Shown here: one piece after another, positions 9,770 to 18,532 of the stretch
How positions within the stretch are numbered: the first letter of the stretch is position 1
How the letters are laid out: each line of letters opens with the position of its first letter
From: Candidatus Aenigmatarchaeota archaeon
GTDB taxonomy: Archaea; Aenigmatarchaeota; Aenigmatarchaeia; CG10238-14; SpSt-28
Reading direction: 5' to 3'
Length of the DNA: 64,000 nt
Assembly: GCA_038997355.1 (NCBI GenBank)
Contig: JAWBAC010000001.1
Span: 4,820 to 68,819 of the forward strand
Position numbers and translations under genes: made by a program
Notes under the pieces: model-generated
What the model was told of the DNA's origin: nothing
Seen by the model: only the letters and a program-made list of their open reading frames with translations
The model's database searches: none

Positions 9770-9870
9770 TGCCGGGGGTGGGATTTGAACCCACGACCTC
9801 CGCGTTTCTATCATCAATATCAAAGCTCATTTGATATGAGCGCGGCGTTCTGCCGCTAAACTACCCCGGC
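9770..9870 (-). tRNA. tRNA-Met elongator (anticodon CAT) with ~29-nt intron. Could alternatively be tRNA-Ile2 (CAU)
   Basis: Reverse complement: GCCGGGG acceptor, anticodon stem CCGCG/CGCGG, loop CTCATA|intron|A. Intron ATGAG pairs with exon CTCAT (bulge-helix-bulge). T-loop TTCAAAT. Confidence 0.8.
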
Positions 9871-9894
9871 ATATAAAAAATTAAGAAAAAGTAA

Positions 9895-10392
9895 TTATAA
9901 TTCTTTTAATTCTTCTTTTAACTTATTAACAGTTAACAAAAATTCGGAAACATTTCTAGAGTTTAGTTTTTCTATTGATAAAATTTTATTCATATTCTCT
10001 ACAAGGTTTTCGCTTATTTTAGAAATATATGGTTTATATGGAGCTAATCTTTTAAACTCCTTTACTAAATAATTATAAGCTGTTTTGGCGTTCTTTTTAT
10101 TTATTTTTCCTTTACTTTCCAAATACTCTTTGATTTTTGTTAATTCGTTCCTAATATAAGCAATGGTTGCTTCATCGCTTCTTTCAATAAATATTCTTTT
10201 TAAATTAAACAAATGCTCTTTTCTATAGATTAAATAAGCCGCTAAAACTAAAATCAACAAACTAATAACTATTAAACCAAAATTAGAAGATAAAGACTGT
10301 ACATCACCAAAATTTCCTGTTGTTATTAAGCCACCAACACCTATTATTGTTAATAAAGCAGCAGAAAGTATTAAAATTCTCACATCTTCCAT
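9895..10392 (-). CDS. hypothetical membrane-anchored protein
   Basis: 165 aa. Two N-terminal TM helices, charged helical C-terminus. Confidence 0.35.
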   Translation of the reverse strand: MEDVRILILSAALLTIIGVGGLITTGNFGDVQSLSSNFGLIVISLLILVLAAYLIYRKEHLFNLKRIFIERSDEATIAYIRNELTKIKEYLESKGKINKKNAKTAYNYLVKEFKRLAPYKPYISKISENLVENMNKILSIEKLNSRNVSEFLLTVNKLKEELKEL

Positions 10393-10443
10393 AAAATATT
10401 TTATAGCAAAGTTAATATTTAAATTTATTTATATATATCTAAT

Positions 10444-11571
10444 TTACAAAAATTTTACTAAAGATTTTTGCTTAAGATAAATTTTAAATATTTCGCTTAA
10501 ACTTGTATCTATATTAAAACTTTTTAAATATTTTTCAACTTCCTCTAAACTTTCAAACTTCATATAATTTTTATTAAAAGCATCTCTTATGCACTCTCTA
10601 ACTTTCCATACTCCTAAAGGAATTGTATAAAATTTCTCAATTTTCCTAAAAATAACTATAGCAGCTTGTCTCCTAATTTTTTCTAAATATTCGCAGCTAG
10701 CTAATCTAGCTGCATAATATCCGCCAGCAACATTTTCTGCATATTCTTTTCTTTCAAAAAATATTTCATAATCTTTAAGTATTTTATTTCCAATGATTTC
10801 AATCATCTCAAACCCAAAAACATAAGGCAACAAAACTATCCAAAATTTATTACCTAGGTATTCATTATAAAAAACTCTTATTTCATCAATCATTTCATAA
10901 TCTTTAATTCTTTTAATAAGTTTATCAGAAATAATGCTATCAACAGCTGTTATGCTCCATCTAGTTGGAACAAACTTTTTTTCTATTCCTAATAATCCAG
11001 CAGAAAATATTTTCTGAATTTTAGAAACTTCTAAGCCTTTTTCATAAAGTAAAAAAGTTGCATCGTAAGCTTTTAATTCATCATTAATGATTTTTTCAAC
11101 AAAGTTTTCTACTTTAACATTGCTTTGAATTTTAAAATTTTCAATCTTTGCTGGATTTCCTATAGGAGAAAAGAATTTATCAAAAGCAAAAGCAAATTTT
11201 GGTTTGTTCTTTAACTTTACTTCTACATCAACAACATTCTTTGCAATAGCAATTTCTTGAAAGTTTTCTAAAAGTTTATAGTCTCTTTTAATATTAAATT
11301 TTTGAAATGAATAAATTAATCTGCTTCTCAAATCTATTATTTCTTCAAAACCTAATTTATCTTTATACCATTGCTCTGGATAGTCTAAGTAAAAACTTCT
11401 TTCATCGATTATTGGCTCAGAAAGAATTCCAACATTAACCCTTGGATAATTAACAGAAGAAATGAATATACTTGGCGGAGAACTTCCAAAAAATTCTTTT
11501 TTGCTTTCAATTAGAAGTTTCCATCTATAAACTTTTCTTAGCAAATCCTTAGGAATTTCTCTGAATTTCAT
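10444..11571 (-). CDS. Nre-family (archaeal DNA repair protein NreA-like) protein, zinc-finger-less variant
   Basis: 375 aa. FFGSSPPSIFISSVNYPRVNVGILSEP resembles the sPPSvFvG..YP motif of the Nre N-domain. Not certain. Confidence 0.35.
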   Translation of the reverse strand: MKFREIPKDLLRKVYRWKLLIESKKEFFGSSPPSIFISSVNYPRVNVGILSEPIIDERSFYLDYPEQWYKDKLGFEEIIDLRSRLIYSFQKFNIKRDYKLLENFQEIAIAKNVVDVEVKLKNKPKFAFAFDKFFSPIGNPAKIENFKIQSNVKVENFVEKIINDELKAYDATFLLYEKGLEVSKIQKIFSAGLLGIEKKFVPTRWSITAVDSIISDKLIKRIKDYEMIDEIRVFYNEYLGNKFWIVLLPYVFGFEMIEIIGNKILKDYEIFFERKEYAENVAGGYYAARLASCEYLEKIRRQAAIVIFRKIEKFYTIPLGVWKVRECIRDAFNKNYMKFESLEEVEKYLKSFNIDTSLSEIFKIYLKQKSLVKFL

Positions 11572-11972
11572 AATCTAATTATTTCTAAAAAATCTACTTT
11601 TTCAAAGTCTCTATCAAAAGTAATAATTTTTCTTATCTTATAATATTTACAAACTGCAGCAACTAAAGCATCGTTAGGATTTAAATCATATTTTAAATAT
11701 ATTTTCAAAAACATTCTAAAAGGAAGCTTTTTTATAATTTTAATATCTAATCCTTCAGTTAGCTCTTTAATTCTTTTAATGCATAGTTCTTTTGATTTTT
11801 TGAATATTTTACTTAATACATAAAGTGTTTCTTCTATTACATTTATAGAAGTGTAAAATTCTTCATTTATATATTTTTCAAGAATTTTTCTCATTTCTTC
11901 AGTAAATTCTGTCTCCACTATTAAACTTATTAAAGCATTCGTATCAAGGAAAATCTTCATACTTTTCTTCAA
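11568..11972 (-). CDS. vapC: PIN-domain toxin VapC
   Basis: 134 aa. N-terminal IFLDTNALISL is the first PIN acidic motif. Co-directional and overlapping with the upstream small antitoxin-like ORF. Confidence 0.7.
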   Translation of the reverse strand: MKKSMKIFLDTNALISLIVETEFTEEMRKILEKYINEEFYTSINVIEETLYVLSKIFKKSKELCIKRIKELTEGLDIKIIKKLPFRMFLKIYLKYDLNPNDALVAAVCKYYKIRKIITFDRDFEKVDFLEIIRL

Positions 11973-12162
11973 TAATTCTTTTTATATCAGATAAAGAAAG
12001 AATTTTACCAACATTTATTGGTTTAAGATTTTTTAACAGCTTTTTTCTCTTTTCTGCTTTATCATAATAAATTTTTATTCTAACTCTTTCCCCTTCTTTT
12101 AATTTTAATTTTTTTAGCGGCTTTAAAACCCCTTTTTCATATATTGCTTCGATTTCTCTCAT
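11944..12162 (-). CDS. vapB: VapB-type antitoxin (DUF104/UPF0165-like)
   Basis: 72 aa. MREIEAIYEKGVLKPLKKLKLKEGERVRIKI matches the DUF104 antitoxin pattern. Overlaps VapC start by 29 nt. Confidence 0.5.
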   Translation of the reverse strand: MREIEAIYEKGVLKPLKKLKLKEGERVRIKIYYDKAEKRKKLLKNLKPINVGKILSLSDIKRIIEEKYEDFP

Positions 12163-12171
12163 AATAATATT

Positions 12172-13278
12172 ATGGATATTCTTTTCTATAAAAGCATTGA
12201 AATTTGGAAAAATGAAGAAGTTAAGAAAAGATTAAGTTGGTATTATAATGTTTTAAAGAAAAAATATCCAGCAAAATATTTAATAGCTAAAAGCATAAAA
12301 TTAGAAGAAAAAATAAATTTGAAAGAACTAGAAGAAAAAGAGTTGTGGAAAATTCATTCAGAATTAAGAAATATCTTTATCGAAAAACTTGAAAAAATAA
12401 AAAATGGAAAAGAAACCGAAATAAAAGAAGAAAGCCCTAATTTTTTAGATGTTAAAATAGAATTGGCATATAGATTGTTATCTCCATGCAGATTTTGCGA
12501 AAATTTATGTTTAGCAAAAAGATTAGAAGGCGAAAAAGGTAAATGTGGATTAGATTATAAAGTTAGAGTTGCTTCAGCATTTTTGCATTATGGAGAAGAA
12601 GTTCCATTAATACCTTCTGGTACAATATTTTTTACTGGTTGTAGCTTTAAATGTGTATTTTGTCAAAATTGGGATATTAGTCAAATTCCGAAAAATGGTT
12701 TTGAAGTTGATGCAAAAACCTTAGCAGAAATAGAAAAAGAGTTAGCAGATAAAGGTGCTATAAATATTAATTTTGTTGGTGGAAATCCAGATCAAAACTT
12801 ACATATAATACTCGAATCTCTAAAATATTTTAATGAAAACGTTCCATTACTTTGGAATTCTAATTTTTACATGACAGAAGAGAGTTTAAACTTACTTTTA
12901 GATGTAATTGATATTTGGTTACCAGATTTTAAATATGGAAATGATGAATGTGCATTCAAATATAGTAAAATAAAAAATTATGTAAAAGTTGTTTTAAGAA
13001 ATCACAAAATTGTTCATGATAATAACGAAAACATAATTATTAGACATTTAGTTTTGCCAAATCATTTAGAATGTTGTACATTTAAGGTTTTAGATATGAT
13101 TTCAGAAAATTTACCAAATGCATTAGTTAACATAATGTCACAATATAGGCCAGAATATTTAGTTGAAAAGTTTCCAGAAAAATTTAAAGAAATCGCAAGA
13201 AGAGTTAATTTTGAAGAAATGAAAAAAGCATATGATTATGCAAAATCTAAGAAAATTTGCTTTGAACCAATAAGTTAA
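12172..13278 (+). CDS. radical SAM protein (PflX/COG1313-like, PFL-activase homolog)
   Basis: 368 aa. CSFKCVFCQN is a CxxxCxxC radical SAM cluster. An upstream Cys cluster CRFCENLC...KGKCG is also present. Confidence 0.55.
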   Translation: MDILFYKSIEIWKNEEVKKRLSWYYNVLKKKYPAKYLIAKSIKLEEKINLKELEEKELWKIHSELRNIFIEKLEKIKNGKETEIKEESPNFLDVKIELAYRLLSPCRFCENLCLAKRLEGEKGKCGLDYKVRVASAFLHYGEEVPLIPSGTIFFTGCSFKCVFCQNWDISQIPKNGFEVDAKTLAEIEKELADKGAININFVGGNPDQNLHIILESLKYFNENVPLLWNSNFYMTEESLNLLLDVIDIWLPDFKYGNDECAFKYSKIKNYVKVVLRNHKIVHDNNENIIIRHLVLPNHLECCTFKVLDMISENLPNALVNIMSQYRPEYLVEKFPEKFKEIARRVNFEEMKKAYDYAKSKKICFEPIS

Positions 13279-13562
13279 TAAATTTCAACATCTTTATATC
13301 CTAAGGAATTTAGTAATTCTCTTATTCTCCTTCTATGATCTCCTTGCAATTCAATAATCCCATTTTTTATTGTTCCTCCGCAACCTAATTTGCTCTTAAG
13401 AAAGCTTGCAATTTTTTTCAAATCACCATCTATTCCACTAATTAAAGTAACAATTTTTCCAAAACTTCTCCTTTCAACTGTAACAACTACTTTCTGCTCT
13501 ACTTTCTTTTCGCAAATGCATAAATCTTTCGGTAAACCACAAATTTGACAAACTTCGCTCAT
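13275..13562 (-). CDS. translation initiation factor SUI1 (aSUI1/eIF1)
   Basis: 95 aa. ...GCGGTIKNG...IQGDHR... is typical SUI1. Canonical position at the end of the S3-L29 operon. Confidence 0.85.
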   Translation of the reverse strand: MSEVCQICGLPKDLCICEKKVEQKVVVTVERRSFGKIVTLISGIDGDLKKIASFLKSKLGCGGTIKNGIIELQGDHRRRIRELLNSLGYKDVEIY

Positions 13563-13769
13563 TTATAATTTTATACCTCTTTCTCTTAGAACTGTAAGAA
13601 TTCTTGCTATTGTTCTTCTTAGCTCTCTTATTCTTCCAACGTTTTTTATTGGTCTTTTCATTTCTGTTTGCATTTTAAACTTAATCAATTCCTCTCTAAA
13701 AGCCTTTAATTTTTCTATTAATTCTTCGTTCTTCATATTTCTTATGTCTTTAATTCTTAAGATGGCCAT
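13563..13769 (-). CDS. rpl29: 50S ribosomal protein L29 (uL29)
   Basis: 68 aa. Sequence and position after S3. Confidence 0.8.
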   Translation of the reverse strand: MAILRIKDIRNMKNEELIEKLKAFREELIKFKMQTEMKRPIKNVGRIRELRRTIARILTVLRERGIKL

Positions 13770-14359
13770 TATTGCGTTTTAGCAGAAATTAGTTGAGGCA
13801 ATTCTTTAAGAATTCTAACTTTTATTCCAACTATTCCCACAGGAATTATTGCTTGAGCTTGCGCTTCATCGACATAAACTTCTTTTAGAAATCCAGTATG
13901 CAAAATATATCCTTTAGAAAACTTGTATGCTGCACTTCTTTCTTTACCTAATAATTTTCCTGCAACTCTAACTTCAATACCAATCGCTCCGTTTTCCATG
14001 CAACGCTCTATATAAAATAATGACGCTTTTTTAAAATTTATACCTTTCTCTATTGCTCTTTTAATTCTGTATGCAACTATTCTCGCATCCAAATAAGGAT
14101 TTTTAACTTCTTCAATAACGATTTGAGGATTTAATATGTTATATTTCTTTATTAACGTTTCTTTTATTTCGTCTTCTCTCTTTCTTAATTTTGCGATGGC
14201 AATTGCAGGTCTTCCAACATAAACGATAATTCTAGTTAATATAGGTGTTTTTTCTATTTTTAAGCTACTATATTCGGCTTTCTCGAAAATACTCTTTAAA
14301 TAATCTTCTAATTCAACTTCAATTATTTTTTGTGCAATAATCTTTTTTTCTATTCCCAT
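13769..14359 (-). CDS. rps3: 30S ribosomal protein S3 (uS3)
   Basis: 196 aa. KH-domain r-protein in canonical operon position. Confidence 0.85.
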   Translation of the reverse strand: MGIEKKIIAQKIIEVELEDYLKSIFEKAEYSSLKIEKTPILTRIIVYVGRPAIAIAKLRKREDEIKETLIKKYNILNPQIVIEEVKNPYLDARIVAYRIKRAIEKGINFKKASLFYIERCMENGAIGIEVRVAGKLLGKERSAAYKFSKGYILHTGFLKEVYVDEAQAQAIIPVGIVGIKVRILKELPQLISAKTQ

Positions 14360-14360
14360 A

Positions 14361-14714
14361 TTAATAAGATAAAATAATTTTTATATGAGTATTCTTTTTT
14401 TCTCTTCCTCTAAACTTCCATCTTTTCGGTGTTCTTATTCTAGAACCTTTATGAGCTTCTATTATTTTTATTCTTAGCTTACTTTCATCTAAACCTTTTT
14501 GTCTAGCATTTGCTAATGCACTTTCTAAAGCTTTTAGAATTGCTTTAGTAGCTTTAGTATAATATTTTTTACCATCTAAAGTTAATTTACCCTGAGCAAC
14601 AAGCTCTAAAAATCTTTTCGCTTTTAAAGCATTTTTACCTCTAATAATTTTTGCAATGTATGTTGCATGCTTAGTAGAAATTCTAAGATTTTTAATGTAA
14701 GCTGAAGCCATCAT
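14361..14714 (-). CDS. rpl22: 50S ribosomal protein L22 (uL22)
   Basis: 117 aa. Sequence and position between S19 and S3. Confidence 0.85.
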   Translation of the reverse strand: MMASAYIKNLRISTKHATYIAKIIRGKNALKAKRFLELVAQGKLTLDGKKYYTKATKAILKALESALANARQKGLDESKLRIKIIEAHKGSRIRTPKRWKFRGREKKNTHIKIILSY

Positions 14715-15109
14715 TTAACAGCTAAGAATTTTGTACCTCTCGTTGCTCCTATTCCAGGACCGCCATGCTTTACTTCTTTAATAGGTATTGAAAACTCTCC
14801 CAACCTTCTTCCTATCATTTCTGGCTTTATTTTAACTGGAACGTATTCTTTTCCATTATGCACACCAATAGTTAAACCAACCATTATTGGTAATATTACC
14901 ATTTGTCTTAAATGAGTTTTAATGAATTTGTTTGGATTTTTCTCCTTTATTTCTTTGATTTTTTCTAAAAACTTTTTTTCTTGCTCTGTCAATCCTCTTT
15001 TTAATATTTTTCTTCTTATTCTTGCATCAAAAACTTTTTTTGCTAATTCCTCTAAACTCATCTTTTGCAATTCTTCTAATGTATATCCTCTTAATCTAAA
15101 TTCTGCCAT
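14711..15109 (-). CDS. rps19: 30S ribosomal protein S19 (uS19)
   Basis: 132 aa. C-terminal [10 protein letters not shown]...[13 protein letters not shown] is the S19 signature. Confidence 0.85.
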   Translation of the reverse strand: MAEFRLRGYTLEELQKMSLEELAKKVFDARIRRKILKRGLTEQEKKFLEKIKEIKEKNPNKFIKTHLRQMVILPIMVGLTIGVHNGKEYVPVKIKPEMIGRRLGEFSIPIKEVKHGGPGIGATRGTKFLAVK

Positions 15110-15150
15110 ATTAATTAATTATGAAAACATTTAAATTTTTAAAGATTTAT

Positions 15151-15248
15151 GGGGCCGTAGTCTAGCCAGGCAGGACGACGGGCTCCAGAAATGGAGCTCT
15201 GATAAATGAGGAAACCCGTTAACCCGGGTTCAAATCCCGGCGGCCCCA
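15151..15248 (+). tRNA. tRNA-Trp (anticodon CCA) with ~25-nt intron
   Basis: GGGGCCG/CGGCCCC acceptor. Anticodon stem ACGGG/CCCGT. Loop CTCCAG|intron AATGGAGCTCTGATAAATGAGGAAA|A. Intron AATGGAG pairs with exon CTCCA. T-loop TTCAAAT. Confidence 0.8.
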
Positions 15249-15283
15249 ATAGAAAATTTAAAAATTTATCTGAAAATTTTTTA

Positions 15284-15799
15284 ATGATTAGTCGTATAAA
15301 ATTAAAAGACATTTTCAAGAAAATCCTCATGTTTGTTGAGGAAAATGAGTTAGAACTAGCACTATTATTTCTATCTTTTTTACTAGCTTATGGGGTTGGT
15401 CTCATATTTTCATTTAGTGCTTTGCTCGAAATTGCAAAAGGTAATAGTAACACCCTTGTCGCTTTAATAATATCTTCCTTTACATTTCCTACACTATTAC
15501 ATTCATTATCTCGTGATGAAATTTTTAACGAAAAAATTAGAAAAAAATTCTTTTCTCTTATTTCTTTTTCAATCTATTCTGGAATTTTTATGGGATTTGG
15601 TTTAATTTTAATACCTCTCTCCTCTCTTACGACGATTTCTATAACTCTTGGTAGTATAATAAATCTTTCAGTTTTTCTGACTTTTTTTGGAGTAACTATT
15701 TTTTTATTTGTTGTTATTTTTACCGTTGGTCTAATAATACTTGCACCTTTTTTAAATAAAAATTTCTTTTCAAAAGATAAAAGATTAGAGCTATACTAA
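15284..15799 (+). CDS. hypothetical polytopic membrane protein
   Basis: The ORF-track start (15206) lies inside tRNA-Trp. The first internal Met after the tRNA is at 15284. Multiple TM helices. Confidence 0.4.
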   Translation: MISRIKLKDIFKKILMFVEENELELALLFLSFLLAYGVGLIFSFSALLEIAKGNSNTLVALIISSFTFPTLLHSLSRDEIFNEKIRKKFFSLISFSIYSGIFMGFGLILIPLSSLTTISITLGSIINLSVFLTFFGVTIFLFVVIFTVGLIILAPFLNKNFFSKDKRLELY

Positions 15800-16119
15800 A
15801 AATAAAAATAACAACTCTTAAAACTGCTTGTAAGAAAACGCTAAAAAGTTGTTTTTATTCAAAATTACAAAAGATGGTAATAACATTCTTATTTTACCTT
15901 ATTACATTTACATTCACTGCCTTAAGAAAAAGATTTGATAAAAAGCTGAAAAATTTCTATTGCTCAGAATTTTGTCCTTTTTCTTTGGACTATTTATAAG
16001 ATTTCGTTATTTTTAAAGAATCTCCACTTTCAGACTTTGTAATTAATCTAACTACAACAGATATAGGAATTTTTGTAAGTATTATTGCAAGTATTTTTTC
16101 AAATCAATATCTAAATTTT

Positions 16120-17100
16120 ATGATTGAAATAGATGGAAGTTATTTAGAAGGCGGCGGACAAATATTAAGAACTTCAATAGCTTTATCTTGCATCCTTAAA
16201 AAACCTTTCAGAATTTATAACATTAGAAAAAATAGACCTCAACCTGGATTAAAAGCTCAACACTTAGCAGGTGCAAAGTTTGCAGCTGAATTATTAAATG
16301 CAGAAGCTAGAGGCTTAGAAATTGGTTCTACAGAAGTTACTTTTATTCCAAAAGAAGAAAACATTCCAGATTTTAAAGAAATTAATATTGGAACTGCTGG
16401 AAGTATTTCTTTGTTTTTACAAACAGTTTATCCAATAATTGCATTCTTATCCAATAAAAAAGTTAAGCTAAGAATTATTGGAGGTACTAGCGTATTGCAT
16501 GCACCAACAATAGATTATTTAGATTTAGTTAAGTTCGAAATTTTAAAATTCTTAGGTATAGAAAGACCAAAAATTAATATTATAAGGCATGGATTTTATC
16601 CAAAAGGCAATGGAATAGTAGAAATAGAAATTTACCCGATAAAAAATGTTAAAGGTATCGAATTAATCGAAAGAGGAAAATTTATCAAAAGAATTGCAAG
16701 AATCTCTGCAAACGAAAAAGTTGAAAGAATAAATAGAGAAGTTGAAGTTTTAAAAAAATTAGAAAATACTGAAATTTTTGTTAGAAACGAAAAAACTTTA
16801 AGTCCTGGATTTTCAGTTACTATTGCATCCTACTTCGAAAATTGTGTTTTGGGTGCAGATAGTTTAAACTCTTCTCAAGAAGCAATAGAAAGTTTAAAAA
16901 AATCAGAAAATTCTAATGCATGCTTAGACAAATTTATGGCAGATCAAATTTTAATTTATTTGGCTTTATCTCAAGAGAAATCAATAATTAAAGTTGAAGA
17001 ATTAACCTCGCATACATTAACAAACATTTATACTATCGAAAAATTCTTAGGAAAAATTTTCGAAATTGATGAAAATCAAAAAATAATAAAGAGAATTTAA
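16120..17100 (+). CDS. rtcA: RNA 3'-terminal phosphate cyclase RtcA
   Basis: 326 aa. N-terminal IDGSYLEGGGQILRTSIALS is the RtcA signature. Confidence 0.85.
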   Translation: MIEIDGSYLEGGGQILRTSIALSCILKKPFRIYNIRKNRPQPGLKAQHLAGAKFAAELLNAEARGLEIGSTEVTFIPKEENIPDFKEINIGTAGSISLFLQTVYPIIAFLSNKKVKLRIIGGTSVLHAPTIDYLDLVKFEILKFLGIERPKINIIRHGFYPKGNGIVEIEIYPIKNVKGIELIERGKFIKRIARISANEKVERINREVEVLKKLENTEIFVRNEKTLSPGFSVTIASYFENCVLGADSLNSSQEAIESLKKSENSNACLDKFMADQILIYLALSQEKSIIKVEELTSHTLTNIYTIEKFLGKIFEIDENQKIIKRI

Positions 17101-17102
17101 CT

Positions 17103-17241
17103 CGCCGGGGGTGGGATTTGAACCCACGCGGGCTTATCGCCCACCGGCTTTCTCTTTGATATTTTACTCATCATTACTCAGCTACCCCAGAGCTTATCAT
17201 AACTCGAGGCCGGCGCCCTGGTCCAGCTAGGCGACCCCGGC
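17103..17241 (-). tRNA. tRNA-Ser (anticodon CGA) with ~53-nt intron and long variable arm
   Basis: Reverse complement: GCCGGGG acceptor, 3-bp D stem, anticodon stem CCGGC/GCCGG, loop CTCGAG|intron|A. Variable arm TGGGCGATAAGCCCGCG. T-loop TTCAAAT. Confidence 0.75.
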
Positions 17242-17275
17242 ATAATTAATTTATTTTTAACAAAAATCTAACATT

Positions 17276-17330
17276 TTTATGAAGAATGCCGCCGCATCTG
17301 ATAAATGATGAAATGGAGTACCTCTGATTA
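17276..17330 (+). ncRNA. box C/D sRNA candidate (2'-O-methylation guide)
   Basis: Canonical archaeal layout. C box ATGAAGA (17279-85). 12-nt guide ATGCCGCCGCAT. D' box CTGA (17298-301). 3-nt spacer. C' box ATGATGA (17305-11). 12-nt guide AATGGAGTACCT. D box CTGA (17324-27). Confidence 0.6.
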
Positions 17331-18491
17331 AGAATGATAAATTTTTATAACATCTCTATGATTCAATACATAATCTTTTCCAATTTTTCTTTTATTTTTT
17401 ACATCTATAGCATACAAAAAGTTTTTAGCTATTTCAGAATGAATTTTTTCAGCTAAATCTATAACTTTTGCATCTTTTTCTAATAAAAATGCGTTAGGCA
17501 AAACATTTCCTTTTTTATCGCTAAGTTTATTTTCATTTTCAACAGGAAAAACAACTTTATACTTCATAACATTAAAAACTAATCTATTTAATGCATTAAC
17601 AACAAAACTTCCATTATTTTTTTCTAACATTTTTCTAATCTTCTCTAATGCATCTAATTGATTTTTATTCAATTCACTTTCTTTCAAAATTTTGAATGAT
17701 TTAAAATCGTAACTAATTATTCCTTTCTTATCTAACTCTCTAAGTATTAATTCTGATAAAGCGCTGCATTCTACAACTTCTAAATCTAAATTTTCTTTTT
17801 TGATAAATTTTCTTAATTCTTCAATATTTTTGTAAGAATTTTCATCATCTATTTTATTTGCTATTATTATCATCTTTTTACTTTCGAAAAGCAAATTTTT
17901 TGCAAAAGTATCTAAATCTTTTATTTCATTTATGTGTTTTTCTATGTATTCTCTTTTTATTTTTAAACCGCTAAGCTTTTGAGTTAAAACATCTATTAAC
18001 TCTTTTTCGTTAGAATAAAATTTTGGAATGTGTTTTTGAATTATTTGCTTGTACCACTGAATTAATTCATTAATCAAAAAATTTACTTCTTCAACTACAT
18101 TCGAGCTTTCGCTTTCTATTCCTTCTAAGTTTGTTTTTCCACTTGCATCAATTATGTATGCGATTCCATCGACATGATTTATAGAAGATAAGAATTCGTT
18201 ACCCAAACCTTTACCCTTATGAGCTTCTGGAATTAATCCTGGAACATCCCAAAGAATTATTGGAACGTATCTTATTGAATTTATACAAAAACCGTCTTGA
18301 GGATTGCACTTAACATTAAAATCTTTGCATGCACATTCTGTAGATACATATGCAATCCCTTTATTTGGTTTTAGAGTAGTAAATGGAACGTTCGAAATCT
18401 TTACATCGATCATTGTAACGGCTTTAAAAAATGTTGATTTTCCTGCGTTAGGTTTTCCCACTAAAGCGATTTCAATCATATTAAGCAACAA
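17328..18491 (-). CDS. Obg-like GTPase with C-terminal TGS-like domain (DRG/YchF family)
   Basis: 387 aa. G1 GKPNAGKST, G2 TT, G3 DVPG, G4 NKID. Unusual Cys-rich insert CACKDFNVKCNPQDGFC after G2. Confidence 0.6.
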   Translation of the reverse strand: MLLNMIEIALVGKPNAGKSTFFKAVTMIDVKISNVPFTTLKPNKGIAYVSTECACKDFNVKCNPQDGFCINSIRYVPIILWDVPGLIPEAHKGKGLGNEFLSSINHVDGIAYIIDASGKTNLEGIESESSNVVEEVNFLINELIQWYKQIIQKHIPKFYSNEKELIDVLTQKLSGLKIKREYIEKHINEIKDLDTFAKNLLFESKKMIIIANKIDDENSYKNIEELRKFIKKENLDLEVVECSALSELILRELDKKGIISYDFKSFKILKESELNKNQLDALEKIRKMLEKNNGSFVVNALNRLVFNVMKYKVVFPVENENKLSDKKGNVLPNAFLLEKDAKVIDLAEKIHSEIAKNFLYAIDVKNKRKIGKDYVLNHRDVIKIYHS

Positions 18492-18532
18492 TAAATAAAA
18501 AATTTTTTAATTTTTATTTATAGTGCTTAATA

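Noticed and set aside
15151-15248. Full box C/D sRNA inside the tRNA-Trp intron (as in Euryarchaeota)
   Set aside because: The intron is only ~25 nt. It holds a D'/C'-like core (CTGATAAATGAGGA) but no terminal C and D boxes. The full sRNA appears instead in trans at 17276..17330.
15139-15330. 63-aa minus-strand ORF
   Set aside because: Lies entirely over tRNA-Trp and its GC-rich stems. It is an artefact of GC-rich tRNA sequence.
15800-16119. Possible ncRNA or 41-codon ORF in the 320-nt gap upstream of rtcA
   Set aside because: TGATAAA and CTGA elements are present but spacing does not fit a C/D sRNA. The micro-ORF (MVITFLFYLITFTFTALRKRF...) has no recognisable features. Left unassigned.
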